A stretch of 64,000 nucleotides of DNA, from positions 63,291-127,290 of the forward strand of contig JAJPHL010000033.1 of NCBI GenBank assembly GCA_021325275.1. The letters are read 5' to 3'. The stretch is from Terriglobia bacterium (lineage in GTDB: Bacteria > Acidobacteriota > Terriglobia > JAJPHL01). This document shows positions 7,208 to 15,886 of the stretch, one piece after another. The notes under the pieces are model-generated. The model saw only the letters and a program-made list of their open reading frames with translations. It was not told the DNA's origin and searched no databases. The first letter of the stretch is position 1. Every line of letters begins with the position of its first letter. The translations under genes were made by a program, and so were the position numbers.

Positions 7208-9754
7208 TTAGTCCTGCCTGAGCGACGTCATCGGATCGACCGCCAACGCCCGCCGCACCGGACCCCACGTGGCGATCATGCCCGTGATCGCCAGCGTGAA
7301 CAGAACCGCGGAAAAACTCAGCGGATCGGTTGGGCGCAGGCCGGGAACCAAGAAAATCGCCAGGGGTTTCGCGATCAGCAGCGCTACCAACAGGCCGATC
7401 GCCGACCCGATGCCGATCAGTTGGGCCGAATCGATCAGCACCATGCGCGTAATATCGCGGGGAGCAGCGCCAATCGCGATCCGCACGCCGATTTCTCGCG
7501 TTCTCCGCGCCACAGAATAGACCATCACTCCATACAGGCCGATGGCCGCGAGTAACAACGCGAGCGCGCCGATCGTGCCCATGAGCACTCCCCCGACCTG
7601 GCTGGGTAGAAATGCCAAGCCAATGCTCGAATACATCGTGGCCACTTCCGTCCCGACCGCCGGATCCAGGCGGTGCAGGACTTCGTGAACCGGCTGGACT
7701 TGCTGGGCCGGCGGGATCGCGGAGCGCAGCACAAACTGGATCCGCGGACGGTTGTTGGCGATTTGCGTGAGCGTCTCGTACAATTGCGGCGCGTCTTCTT
7801 CGCCGATCGTCATGGTCTTCGTGCCTTCCACTACGCCGATGATTTCGTAAGGCGTCTTGCCCTGCGCGCCCCACAGGAAGGACGCGCCGATCGGTGGTTG
7901 ATTGCCTAGGTAGCGTTTCACGAACGTCCGATTGACCACCACCACGTGCTGTCCAGCGCGATCGTCATCGCGAAACACGCGCCCTTGTAAGACGGGAATG
8001 TCCATCACCTGGAAGAACGCCGGCGAGACGGCGTTCCATTGGAAAACGGCGCGAACCGTCTTGCCGCTCGACGGGAAGACGAGGTCGCTCGAGAAATGCG
8101 TGTTATCCGTGAACGGGACAATGCGCGCCACCGCGGCCCCTGTGATCCCAGGAATGGCTCCGAGCTCTCGCAGCGCTTGACCCGCATACAGGTTAATGTG
8201 TTGGCTGTCCTTGTAGGTTGCCGGCGGCAAGTGGATTTCGGCGCGCAGCGTGTTTCGAACGTCAAAGCCCGGGCTCATCGCCCCGGCCGCGCCGAGGTTG
8301 TGCAGGAATAAAAAGCCGATGAACAGAACAACCAGCGACACGGCTAATTGTGCGACCACCAGCGTCCGGCGTAGGCGCATCCCACGATCACGGTGGAAAT
8401 CGGCGGCAATCGATTCCTTCACCGACCGCCATGCCGGGAGCAGGCCGCAGGCGATCGTCGCGAAGACCGTCAGAAAAACGGCATAGGCGACCAATCGCCA
8501 GTCGGGCTCGATGCGCAGATGAATGGGAAGCGGCAACGGCAGACGAATCTGCGCCAGCATCGACGCCGTGAACTGCGACGCCGCCAAACCGCACGCCGCC
8601 CCTAGGATGGAAAGCAGCGAACTCTCGACGAGGAGTTGCTGCAGCAATCGGCCGCGGCCAGCGCCGAGCGCCAGACGGGTGGCCATTTCCGGCCGTCGCG
8701 CCGCGGCGCGCGCCAGCAGCAAACTGGCGACGTTGATGCACGCGATCAAAAGAACCAATCCGGTGACGCCCAGCAGCAGCGCCAGGAAAACGCCAGTGGA
8801 AAACATCTCGCTCTGTTCCGTCAGTCGCGCGACACCGGAAACAGCCATGAGCTGATTGTGCTTGTAATACTTAAACTGCTCCGGAAAGACCCTGTCGAGC
8901 TGCTGTGCCACGTTCTCCAGGGCGGCGCGCGCTTCTCCGCGGCTCATGCCGGGCTTCAGACGCGCATAGATAGCCAGCAGCGTAGCATCGAGATAGCTCG
9001 GCATGTAGAGGTCGGGTGAAAATCCAAAGCCGATCAACGTGCGATGATTGGCGGGCAGAATCCCGACGACCGTGCAGGCGCGTCCATCCAGATTGAGCGC
9101 GCGGCCGAGAATCGCCGGATCGCCATTCAAATGCTTGACCCAAAAATCGTGGCTGAGTACCACCACTTCCTTGGGATCGTTCGGCAGAATGCCGCGTCCA
9201 TACTCCACGGGAACGCCCAGCGAAGAAAAATAATTCATGCTCGTGGCGACGCCGAAGACGGGCCGCGTGTCGACGCCGTCGTTCCAATTCACGAAGACTT
9301 CTTCGTTGTTACCGGCGACGTCCTGGAACACTCCACTGTCGCGCACGAAATTGAGCACCCTTTCGGTAGAGTGGCTGTTGCCGCCCAAGCGGATCGCCAC
9401 CACCGACGATGCGTCGCGCAGCGACGGTTCGCTGAACAAGAACTCCATGCCGAGCGAGAACACCGTGCTGTTCACGCCGATTCCCAGTGCCAGCGAAACC
9501 AGCGCGGTAGCCACGAGCGCCGGCGAGCGCCGCAATCCGCGCGCGGCGTAGACGAGATCGCGTCCAAGATTCTCGAGGAAGACGAATCGCCATTGATCGT
9601 AGGCCTGCTCGCGGACCACGGTTTCGGTACCGCCGCGGCCCAGCGGCAGCGAGTTGCCGTGCTCGGCGGTCATCTCGCGGTGGAAAGCTAGTTCGTCTTC
9701 CAGGTCCTGCTGCAGGCGGCGCCGCCGCCAAAGTTTGAGCCAAAAGCGTCGCAT
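7208..9754 (-). CDS. ADOP-family duplicated FtsX/MacB-like ABC permease (module 1)
   Basis: 848 aa with two FtsX-like 4-TM permease repeats separated by large periplasmic domains. N-terminal region ...LRRSPALVATALVSLALGIGVNSTVFS is typical of acidobacterial duplicated orphan permeases. It sits 4 nt downstream of PadR. Confidence 0.9.
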   Translation of the reverse strand: MRRFWLKLWRRRRLQQDLEDELAFHREMTAEHGNSLPLGRGGTETVVREQAYDQWRFVFLENLGRDLVYAARGLRRSPALVATALVSLALGIGVNSTVFSLGMEFLFSEPSLRDASSVVAIRLGGNSHSTERVLNFVRDSGVFQDVAGNNEEVFVNWNDGVDTRPVFGVATSMNYFSSLGVPVEYGRGILPNDPKEVVVLSHDFWVKHLNGDPAILGRALNLDGRACTVVGILPANHRTLIGFGFSPDLYMPSYLDATLLAIYARLKPGMSRGEARAALENVAQQLDRVFPEQFKYYKHNQLMAVSGVARLTEQSEMFSTGVFLALLLGVTGLVLLIACINVASLLLARAAARRPEMATRLALGAGRGRLLQQLLVESSLLSILGAACGLAASQFTASMLAQIRLPLPLPIHLRIEPDWRLVAYAVFLTVFATIACGLLPAWRSVKESIAADFHRDRGMRLRRTLVVAQLAVSLVVLFIGFLFLHNLGAAGAMSPGFDVRNTLRAEIHLPPATYKDSQHINLYAGQALRELGAIPGITGAAVARIVPFTDNTHFSSDLVFPSSGKTVRAVFQWNAVSPAFFQVMDIPVLQGRVFRDDDRAGQHVVVVNRTFVKRYLGNQPPIGASFLWGAQGKTPYEIIGVVEGTKTMTIGEEDAPQLYETLTQIANNRPRIQFVLRSAIPPAQQVQPVHEVLHRLDPAVGTEVATMYSSIGLAFLPSQVGGVLMGTIGALALLLAAIGLYGVMVYSVARRTREIGVRIAIGAAPRDITRMVLIDSAQLIGIGSAIGLLVALLIAKPLAIFLVPGLRPTDPLSFSAVLFTLAITGMIATWGPVRRALAVDPMTSLRQD

Positions 9755-9758
9755 ATGG

Positions 9759-10091
9759 TCACCTCGAGAGAACGATCTGTACCGCCGTGGAGAGCCGATT
9801 CCAGGTTTGCGCTTGCGCGGCGAGCAGTTTTCGGCCGCGTTTCGTGATCTCGTAGTAGCGGGCGCGGCGATTGTTTTCGGAAACGCCCCAGTGAGCGCAA
9901 ATCGCGCCGTCGAGCTCCAGGCGATAGAGCGCCGGATAGAGCGATCCCTCTTCCACTGTCAGCACTTGGTCGGAAAGCAGGTGGATGGTTTGCGCGATCG
10001 CAAACCCATGCAGTTCGCCCCGCTGGAGCGCGTGCAGAATCAAGAGGTCGAGCGTGCCTTGCAGCAAACTGGGTTCGGTGGATTTGGCCAT
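9759..10091 (-). CDS. PadR family transcriptional regulator (module 1)
   Basis: [14 protein letters not shown]...LHGFAIAQTI...SLYPALYRLELDGAI...YYEITKRGRKLL is a canonical PadR wHTH. The 418-aa supplied ORF is trimmed to the conserved 110-aa protein. Confidence 0.9.
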   Translation of the reverse strand: MAKSTEPSLLQGTLDLLILHALQRGELHGFAIAQTIHLLSDQVLTVEEGSLYPALYRLELDGAICAHWGVSENNRRARYYEITKRGRKLLAAQAQTWNRLSTAVQIVLSR

Positions 10092-10103
10092 CAGTCGATG
10101 TTC

Positions 10104-10131
10104 TCCTTCCCTATGACGATCTAGGGAAGGA
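10104..10131. promoter_or_regulatory. perfect 10-bp inverted repeat (tccttcccta N8 tagggaagga) immediately upstream of the PadR start; candidate PadR autoregulatory operator
   Basis: Read directly from the sequence. Located in the divergent PadR / M2-peptidase intergenic region. Confidence 0.5.
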
Positions 10132-10223
10132 AATGTTCCATCGATTTTGTGAGAAAGAATTGCCGGCCGCGGAAGAGCTGGTTGAGGCAGCGTCCAAGCC
10201 CGGCTTGCTGCTACAATCGGGCC

Positions 10224-12029
10224 ATGCGAGATCGTCTGCTCTTGCTGTGTATGCTGGCCATGCCCGTGTCTTTGATGGCGCAAGCGCCCACCGTGGCCGA
10301 GGCGCACAAGTTCATCATCAAGGCCGAAAAGCAGCTCTTCGAGCTCAGCAACAAAGCGCAGCGCGCGGGCTGGGTCCAGGAAAACTTCATCACCGACGAC
10401 ACCGAGGGCATTTCCGCCGACGCGCAGCAGGAAGTGCTTGCCGCGACCACCGATTTGGCGCTGAAAGCCACGCGCTTCAATGGACTCAAGCTTCCGCCCG
10501 TCGACGCGCGCAAGTTTCTTTTGCTGAAATTGTCGCTGACGTTGCCCGCGCCGAAGAATCCCGCGGCGCAAGCCAGGCTCACCAAGATTTCCGTGGGACT
10601 CGATAGCGATTACGGCAAAGGCAAGTATTGTCCCCCCGCTTCCAACGGAGACGCGCCCAGCGGAAAATGCCTGTCGCTGAACGATCTCGAACGGACCATG
10701 GCGAGCAGCCGTGATCCAAACGAGATTCTCGCGGCGTGGAAAGGCTGGCATTCCATTGCGCCGCCGATGCGCCAGCGCTACGCGGAGATGGTGGATCTGG
10801 CCAACGTCGGCGCGCGCGACCTCGGCTTCAAGGATACCGGCGCGATGTGGCGGTCGAAATACGACATGCCGCCCGACGCGTTCGCGGCGGAGATGGATCG
10901 CTTGTGGAATCAAGTGCGGCCGCTCTACGACTCGCTGCACACCTACGTTCGCTACAAGCTCACCGAGAAATACGGCAAGGAAGTGGTCGGCCCCGGCCCG
11001 GGAATTCCCGCGCATCTACTCGGCAACATGTGGGCGCAGGAGTGGGGCAACATTTACGACATTGTCGCGCCGCCAGGTCCTGGGCCGGGCTACGATCTCA
11101 CGGCGTTGTTGCGCGCGAAAAATCTCGACGCGAAGGGAATGGTGCATTACGGCGAACGATTTTTCATGTCGCTGGGATTTCCTCCGCTGCCGAACACGTT
11201 TTGGGAGCGGTCGCTGTTCCTCAAGCCCGCCGATCGCGACGTAGTGTGTCACGCCAGCGCCTGGGACGTGGACGGCGATCAGGATTTGCGCGTCAAGATG
11301 TGTATCGAGATCACCGGTGAGTATTTCGTGACCATCCATCACGAACTCGGCCACGATTTTTACGATCGTGCGTACTCCAAGCAGGATCCATTTTTCCGCG
11401 ACAGCGCCAACGACGGTTTTCACGAAGCGATCGGCGATACGATCGCGCTTTCCGTCACGCCTGAGTATTTGAAAGAGATCGGATTGCTCGACAAAGTTCC
11501 CGGTCCCGAAGGCGACATTGGATTGTTGCTGCACAAGGCGCTCGATAAGGTCGCGTTTTTGCCGTTCGGGTTGCTGATCGATCAGTGGCGGTGGAAAGTT
11601 TTCTCCGGTGAGATCAAACCCGCCGACTACAACAAGGCGTGGTGGGAACTGCGCGCGAAATACCAAAGCGTGACGCCGCCGGTGGAGCGCACGGAAGTCG
11701 ATTTCGATCCCGGCGCGAAGTATCACGTGGCGTCGAGCACGCCGTACGCGCGATATTTCCTGGCCGACATTTTGCAATTCCAGTTTCATCGCGCGTTGTG
11801 CAAGGAAGCCGGATACAAAGGTCCGCTGCATCGTTGCTCGATTTACGCCAACAAGGCGGCGGGCGCGAAACTCGCCACAATGCTCGAGATGGGCGTGAGC
11901 CGTCCATGGCCCGAGGCGCTGGAAGCGATCAGCGGAGAAAAGCAAATGGACGCCACCGCGATTCTCGATTATTTCGCGCCGCTGAAAAAGTTTCTCGACG
12001 AAGAGAATGCCAAGCATGCCGGACGCTAA
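10224..12029 (+). CDS. M2 family peptidyl-dipeptidase (angiotensin-converting-enzyme-like zinc metallopeptidase), secreted
   Basis: HHELGH zinc-binding motif plus downstream HEAIGD, and ACE-like conserved blocks. Signal peptide MRDRLLLLCMLAMPVSLMAQA. Start moved to internal Met 25 codons into the supplied ORF. Confidence 0.8.
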   Translation: MRDRLLLLCMLAMPVSLMAQAPTVAEAHKFIIKAEKQLFELSNKAQRAGWVQENFITDDTEGISADAQQEVLAATTDLALKATRFNGLKLPPVDARKFLLLKLSLTLPAPKNPAAQARLTKISVGLDSDYGKGKYCPPASNGDAPSGKCLSLNDLERTMASSRDPNEILAAWKGWHSIAPPMRQRYAEMVDLANVGARDLGFKDTGAMWRSKYDMPPDAFAAEMDRLWNQVRPLYDSLHTYVRYKLTEKYGKEVVGPGPGIPAHLLGNMWAQEWGNIYDIVAPPGPGPGYDLTALLRAKNLDAKGMVHYGERFFMSLGFPPLPNTFWERSLFLKPADRDVVCHASAWDVDGDQDLRVKMCIEITGEYFVTIHHELGHDFYDRAYSKQDPFFRDSANDGFHEAIGDTIALSVTPEYLKEIGLLDKVPGPEGDIGLLLHKALDKVAFLPFGLLIDQWRWKVFSGEIKPADYNKAWWELRAKYQSVTPPVERTEVDFDPGAKYHVASSTPYARYFLADILQFQFHRALCKEAGYKGPLHRCSIYANKAAGAKLATMLEMGVSRPWPEALEAISGEKQMDATAILDYFAPLKKFLDEENAKHAGR

Positions 12030-12744
12030 GGTTGCCTTGATCACCGGTGGCGCGCGCGGCATCGGCCGCGCGTGTGCGTTGGCGCTGGCATCGCGCGGAT
12101 ATCGCGTGGCGATTGCCTGGCGGCGGAGTGCGGACGCTGCGGCCGAAACGCTGGCGGCCATGGGCGCGAACGGGCGATCCATCCAGTGCGACGTTTCCGA
12201 CCCCGCGCAAGCGGCTGGGCTGGTCGAGAGAGTGGAACGCGAATGGGGCCGCATCGACGTTTTGATCAACGGTGCGGGACCGTATCATCGCATCGCGCTT
12301 TTGGACGAGACGCCCGACGGCTGGCGCGAAATGTTCGACAACAACCTGCATCCCGTTTTCTACTTGAGCCGCGCCGCGGCGGCGGGGATGAAGTCGCGTT
12401 CCTGGGGGCGCATCGTAAGTTTCGCCATGGCCAACGCCGATCAAGGCGTAGGACAACCGCACGTCACCGCGCACTACATCGCCAAGGCCGGCGTGTTGAT
12501 GTTGACGCGTTCGCTCGCGAAAGTTCTCGCGCCGCACGGGATCACGGTCAACGCGATTTCGCCGGGATTCATCGATTCCGGCAGCGCGCCGGCCGAGGAA
12601 TTGCAGAAAATGGTAAAAACAATTCCCGCCGGATATGTCGGCACGCTCGAGGACGCCGTGCAAGCGGTGCTTTATCTGATCTCCGACGAAGCACGCTATG
12701 TGAACGGTGCGAACATCCAGTTGAGCGGGGCCTGGGGCGTTTAG
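12007..12744 (+). CDS. SDR family oxidoreductase (3-oxoacyl-ACP reductase-like)
   Basis: TGGARGIG glycine motif, NGAG, YxxxK (HYIAKAG) catalytic motif. Overlaps the peptidase 3' end by 23 nt. Confidence 0.85.
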   Translation: MPSMPDAKVALITGGARGIGRACALALASRGYRVAIAWRRSADAAAETLAAMGANGRSIQCDVSDPAQAAGLVERVEREWGRIDVLINGAGPYHRIALLDETPDGWREMFDNNLHPVFYLSRAAAAGMKSRSWGRIVSFAMANADQGVGQPHVTAHYIAKAGVLMLTRSLAKVLAPHGITVNAISPGFIDSGSAPAEELQKMVKTIPAGYVGTLEDAVQAVLYLISDEARYVNGANIQLSGAWGV

Positions 12745-12784
12745 TTGCGCATCCTGATTTCTTGAACCGCCCTTTCAGGGCTAG

Positions 12785-12948
12785 GCATATTGCTTGGCGT
12801 TTTCCGCGGGCGTCGCGGGGCTGAGCGGTGCGGCGTTTGGAAAGTACGGCGAAGGTTATTTGCGTTTCTCGTACGCGAACTCGATTGAAAATATCGGGAA
12901 GGCGATGCAGAAGATCGAAGCGGCCGTGACGGCCAAAGCGCACGCGTA
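12785..12948 (+). pseudogene. relic of a class I/II PLP-dependent aminotransferase (C-terminal ~54 codons only)
   Basis: The translation ...AGLSGAAFGKYGEGYLRFSYANSIENIGKAMQKIEAAVTAKAHA* matches the conserved C-terminus of aspartate/aromatic aminotransferases. An in-frame stop lies immediately upstream and there is no room for the rest of the gene after the SDR. Confidence 0.6.
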
Positions 12949-12974
12949 GGCGGCGACAATATGGTGAACCGCCG

Positions 12975-13598
12975 TTACGACTCGCGGCTGATATGAGCAG
13001 TTGCGTGCTTTAACGCATATGCGAGCCGTTTTCTCTCAATCTCGCTTAGCTCGTCGCTAATTGGGCCGTAGAGCTCGGCGACTCGACTGTACTGCTTAGC
13101 CGACCAGGCTGCGTCGGCATCCTTCCGCAGCCGGGCCAGCATCCGATTACGCTCGCCCATAATCGAGGCACGTTCATTCTGTCGGGCTAGGTCTTCATAA
13201 TATGACGTGGTCCCCAACAGAAACTGAGGGCCATACTTTTCGAGCAACGCAGCAACTTTCGGAACGATATTTCTGACCCCCTCTACGGAGCTCACTTGGA
13301 AGATCGTGGCACCACCGAATCCTTCCGACTTGTAAGCCTCTGTGCCTGCTGCTTTCAACACCACGTAGCCGAGCCCGTACGTCTCCGGACGATCTTTCCG
13401 GCCAACTTCGATGCCGATCTCGTAAGATCCTCGGCCATGAAAGACATTGACGAATACATCTTTGGACTCAAACCGGACGAAGGTAACGTCTTCGGTGACA
13501 GGGACCATTCCGTATGTGCGAAGGAAGAGGAAGTCCTTCAGCACCACCTCTTTGAAACCAAGCATCCAGCGATCTTTTCCAGGTTCAAAATGAAACAC
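12975..13598 (-). CDS. hypothetical protein (207 aa) in a low-GC island, downstream of mglA
   Basis: Clean ORF whose GC is clearly lower than the surroundings. No recognisable motifs. Same strand as mglA, 160 nt downstream. Confidence 0.6.
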   Translation of the reverse strand: MFHFEPGKDRWMLGFKEVVLKDFLFLRTYGMVPVTEDVTFVRFESKDVFVNVFHGRGSYEIGIEVGRKDRPETYGLGYVVLKAAGTEAYKSEGFGGATIFQVSSVEGVRNIVPKVAALLEKYGPQFLLGTTSYYEDLARQNERASIMGERNRMLARLRKDADAAWSAKQYSRVAELYGPISDELSEIERKRLAYALKHATAHISRES

Positions 13599-13759
13599 TG
13601 TTTCTCCATGGCGCGGCGCGTCGACAGAAGTTGAGTGTACGCTTGGCGCGAACGCGCCTACAGCAAGACGCTGGGTGTCTTCGCGCCGGACTTTCCACGA
13701 TGCTGGGCCCCGCCGCTCGATAACTGTCGCGGCTCGTTCCTTGCGCGGTGGCGCGACCG

Positions 13760-14338
13760 TTAGCCCTTCTTCAATTCCTCAAGGACTTGTCGCGCAACTT
13801 CACGAAGCGTCTCAAACACGCCCGTGCCTTTGTACGCCACCGCCTCAAACGTGGACTCGCCTTTGCGCACTAGTTGCGATTTCAGCTCGTCCAGCGGCAG
13901 CGCATTCGGCAAATCGCGTTTGTTGAATTGCAGCACGTACGGTACTTTCTCGAAATCGTAGCCGTGATCTTTGAGGTTCTCCTGCAAATTCTCGATCGCT
14001 TCGATATTCGCGTCCATGCGTTCTTCCTGCGAATCGGCGACAAAGACCACGCCGTCGACGCCGCGCAGGATCAACTTACGGCTGGCGTCGTAGAAAACCT
14101 GGCCGGGCACGGTGTAGAGATGGAAGCGCGTTTTGAATCCGCGCACGGTGCCGAGATCGAGGGGCAGGAAATCGAAGAACAACGTTCGATCGCTTTCGGT
14201 GGCCAGCGAGATCATCTTGCCCTTGTTGGGCGCGTTGTCGAAAATGTACTGCAAGTTGGTGGTCTTGCCGCCCAAACCGGCGCCGTAATAGACCAGCTTG
14301 CAGTTGATCTCTCGCGCGGCAAAGTTGATGAAACTCAA
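13760..14338 (-). CDS. mglA: MglA, Ras-like small GTPase (mutual gliding-motility protein A)
   Basis: Near full-length identity to Myxococcus MglA: MSFIN...[25 protein letters not shown]...[66 protein letters not shown]...[12 protein letters not shown]. No mglB (roadblock/LC7) gene on either side. Confidence 0.9.
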   Translation of the reverse strand: MSFINFAAREINCKLVYYGAGLGGKTTNLQYIFDNAPNKGKMISLATESDRTLFFDFLPLDLGTVRGFKTRFHLYTVPGQVFYDASRKLILRGVDGVVFVADSQEERMDANIEAIENLQENLKDHGYDFEKVPYVLQFNKRDLPNALPLDELKSQLVRKGESTFEAVAYKGTGVFETLREVARQVLEELKKG

Positions 14339-14543
14339 AGTGGCTCCCGGCTCTTGTGATTCGTAACAGATGCTAAGGGAATAGTTTATCGCGGCGTGTG
14401 GAACCGCCGCGCCCGTTTATATTTACCACAACGACACGTGGGAAGCAATGCATCTATCGACTCTAGGTCAACGGGGGTGGGCGCGCGTTCTAATCCCACG
14501 GGCTATCGCGTCAAGGAAGCCTGGAACATTCCGCGTGCTATGA

Positions 14544-15620
14544 TTGTCTAACTTTCATATGCTCTCCCTACTCGGCGGACTCCTGTTCTTCCAGATTGCG
14601 CTGATCTCCCCGAATGCGTCGCCGAACGGCGTCGACCTTTTGCCCGCCGACATTGCCGCATGGCACGCCGCGGCCGCGCCGGAAAAATTCTCGGTCGCGC
14701 AGTTGAACGCGTTCGCCACGGCCGACAACGCCGCCGTGCTCGACGAATTGGGATTCTTCGGAGCGCAGCGCCGGCAATACACCGGAGGGAAGGACATCGT
14801 AACGGTTGAAGCGATCCGCATGAAGGACCCCAGCGCGGCGTATGGCGCGTTCACATGGTTTCGCCAAACGGGATGGCGCGAGGAAACGAACTCGTCGCAC
14901 GATCCGCGCGCGTTTCAAGCCGCCGTGGGAGCGACCGACGCGGTGCTGCAGCGCAACAGTTACGTGGTGCACATCAGCGGAGTGGCGGCCACGCATCAGC
15001 AACTGGAGGCCGCCGCCGCCGCGTTGCCGTCGTTGGAAAACGAGCCGCTGCCCGCGCTCGCCAGTCATTTGCCGGCCTCGGGACTGGTGGGCGGTTCCGT
15101 GAAATACGCGTATGGTCCACAGCTTTTCGATCGCGTGGTTCCAGGGCTTCCCGCCATGGCCATGGGATTTCACTTGGGCGCCGAGGTTGTCGCCGGCGAG
15201 TATCGTTTGCCGGGAAAATCTCCGATGACGCTGGTGTTGGTGGAATATCCCACGCCGCAAATCGCGCGGAGTCTGGAGAAGAATCTCACGTCGCAGAATC
15301 TGAACGGCGCTCACGTGAAACGCGTGGGACCTTTGCTGGCGATCGTGCCGGGCGGCGCGTCCGATGCCGACGCCGCGCGACTCATCGATCAAGTTCATTA
15401 TGAAATGGCCGGCATGTGGGACGAAAAAGTGAGCAAGATCAAGGAACCGAGCTTCGCGCAGATGATCATCAGCATCTTCGAACTGTGCGGCATCCTTCTC
15501 GTGTTCTGCGTTCTCTCGGGAGCCGCCTACGGAGGTATCCGAGTGCTTACTCGCAGTAAGAATCCCGGATACGCTTTTGAGGGCGATGCCGACTTCATTT
15601 CGCTAAAGATAAATGGTTGA
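14544..15620 (+). CDS. hypothetical exported protein with C-terminal TM anchor
   Basis: N-terminal hydrophobic signal-like segment (LSLLGGLLFFQIALISP) and C-terminal TM (IISIFELCGILLVFCVLSGAAYGGI). No family recognised. Confidence 0.55.
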   Translation: MSNFHMLSLLGGLLFFQIALISPNASPNGVDLLPADIAAWHAAAAPEKFSVAQLNAFATADNAAVLDELGFFGAQRRQYTGGKDIVTVEAIRMKDPSAAYGAFTWFRQTGWREETNSSHDPRAFQAAVGATDAVLQRNSYVVHISGVAATHQQLEAAAAALPSLENEPLPALASHLPASGLVGGSVKYAYGPQLFDRVVPGLPAMAMGFHLGAEVVAGEYRLPGKSPMTLVLVEYPTPQIARSLEKNLTSQNLNGAHVKRVGPLLAIVPGGASDADAARLIDQVHYEMAGMWDEKVSKIKEPSFAQMIISIFELCGILLVFCVLSGAAYGGIRVLTRSKNPGYAFEGDADFISLKING

Positions 15621-15733
15621 TCGGTAAAGGGTTACGATAGGGGCTAGCTCTCTATGAAAAATCATAGCGATCGGCCCGTTTCGCCTTCTTCTAAGTATCT
15701 TAAAACAAAGGTTTTATTTAATCGTTTTTCCGC

Positions 15734-15764
15734 TTGACACCCCCTCAGTACGGCAAGATAAACT
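15734..15764 (+). promoter_or_regulatory. sigma70-like promoter candidate (TTGACA N19 TAAACT) in an AT-rich intergenic island
   Basis: TTGACA at 15734-15739 with a TAAACT/ATAAAC -10-like hexamer 18-19 nt downstream. The surrounding 100 bp is AT-rich, unlike the rest of the window. Confidence 0.35.
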
Positions 15765-15770
15765 GCCCTC

Positions 15771-15873
15771 AAAAGTTTTAGCGGTGCATCTTTGCCGTTG
15801 AGACTATTCTCCCTGTGAATCCCCCGCCAAAGAGCGGGGGCAGAAAGCCCGCCCCCAAAGGCGGGCTTTTCTG
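15771..15873 (+). ncRNA. candidate small RNA (~100 nt) defined by promoter plus intrinsic terminator; alternatively a 3' UTR
   Basis: Predicted TSS ~15771, then two GC hairpins (cccccgccaaagagcggggg; aagcccgcccccaaaggcgggctt) ending in a T-run cttttct. No ORF longer than 27 aa. Confidence 0.25.
15821..15873. terminator. bidirectional rho-independent terminator (two adjacent GC hairpins plus T-tract)
   Basis: Stem-loops at 15821-15840 and 15845-15868 followed by TTTTCT on the + strand. It lies 14 nt past the stop of the minus-strand gene 15887..17326. Confidence 0.6.
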
Positions 15874-15886
15874 TTGGTCAATCCTT

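Noticed and set aside
9759-11015. 418-aa ORF extending PadR module 1 upstream across the M2-peptidase gene
   Set aside because: Only the last 110 codons match PadR. The extension is low-complexity and antisense to a well-supported peptidase gene. Trimmed to 9759..10091.
12569-12943. 124-aa minus-strand ORF between the SDR gene and the low-GC gene
   Set aside because: The + strand of the same stretch gives an unmistakable aminotransferase C-terminal peptide. The minus ORF is Arg-rich noise.
15654-15737. 27-aa ORF (MKNHSDRPVSPSSKYLKTKVLFNRFSA) in the AT-rich island
   Set aside because: No RBS, low-complexity AT-driven sequence. More plausibly non-coding promoter/UP-element DNA.
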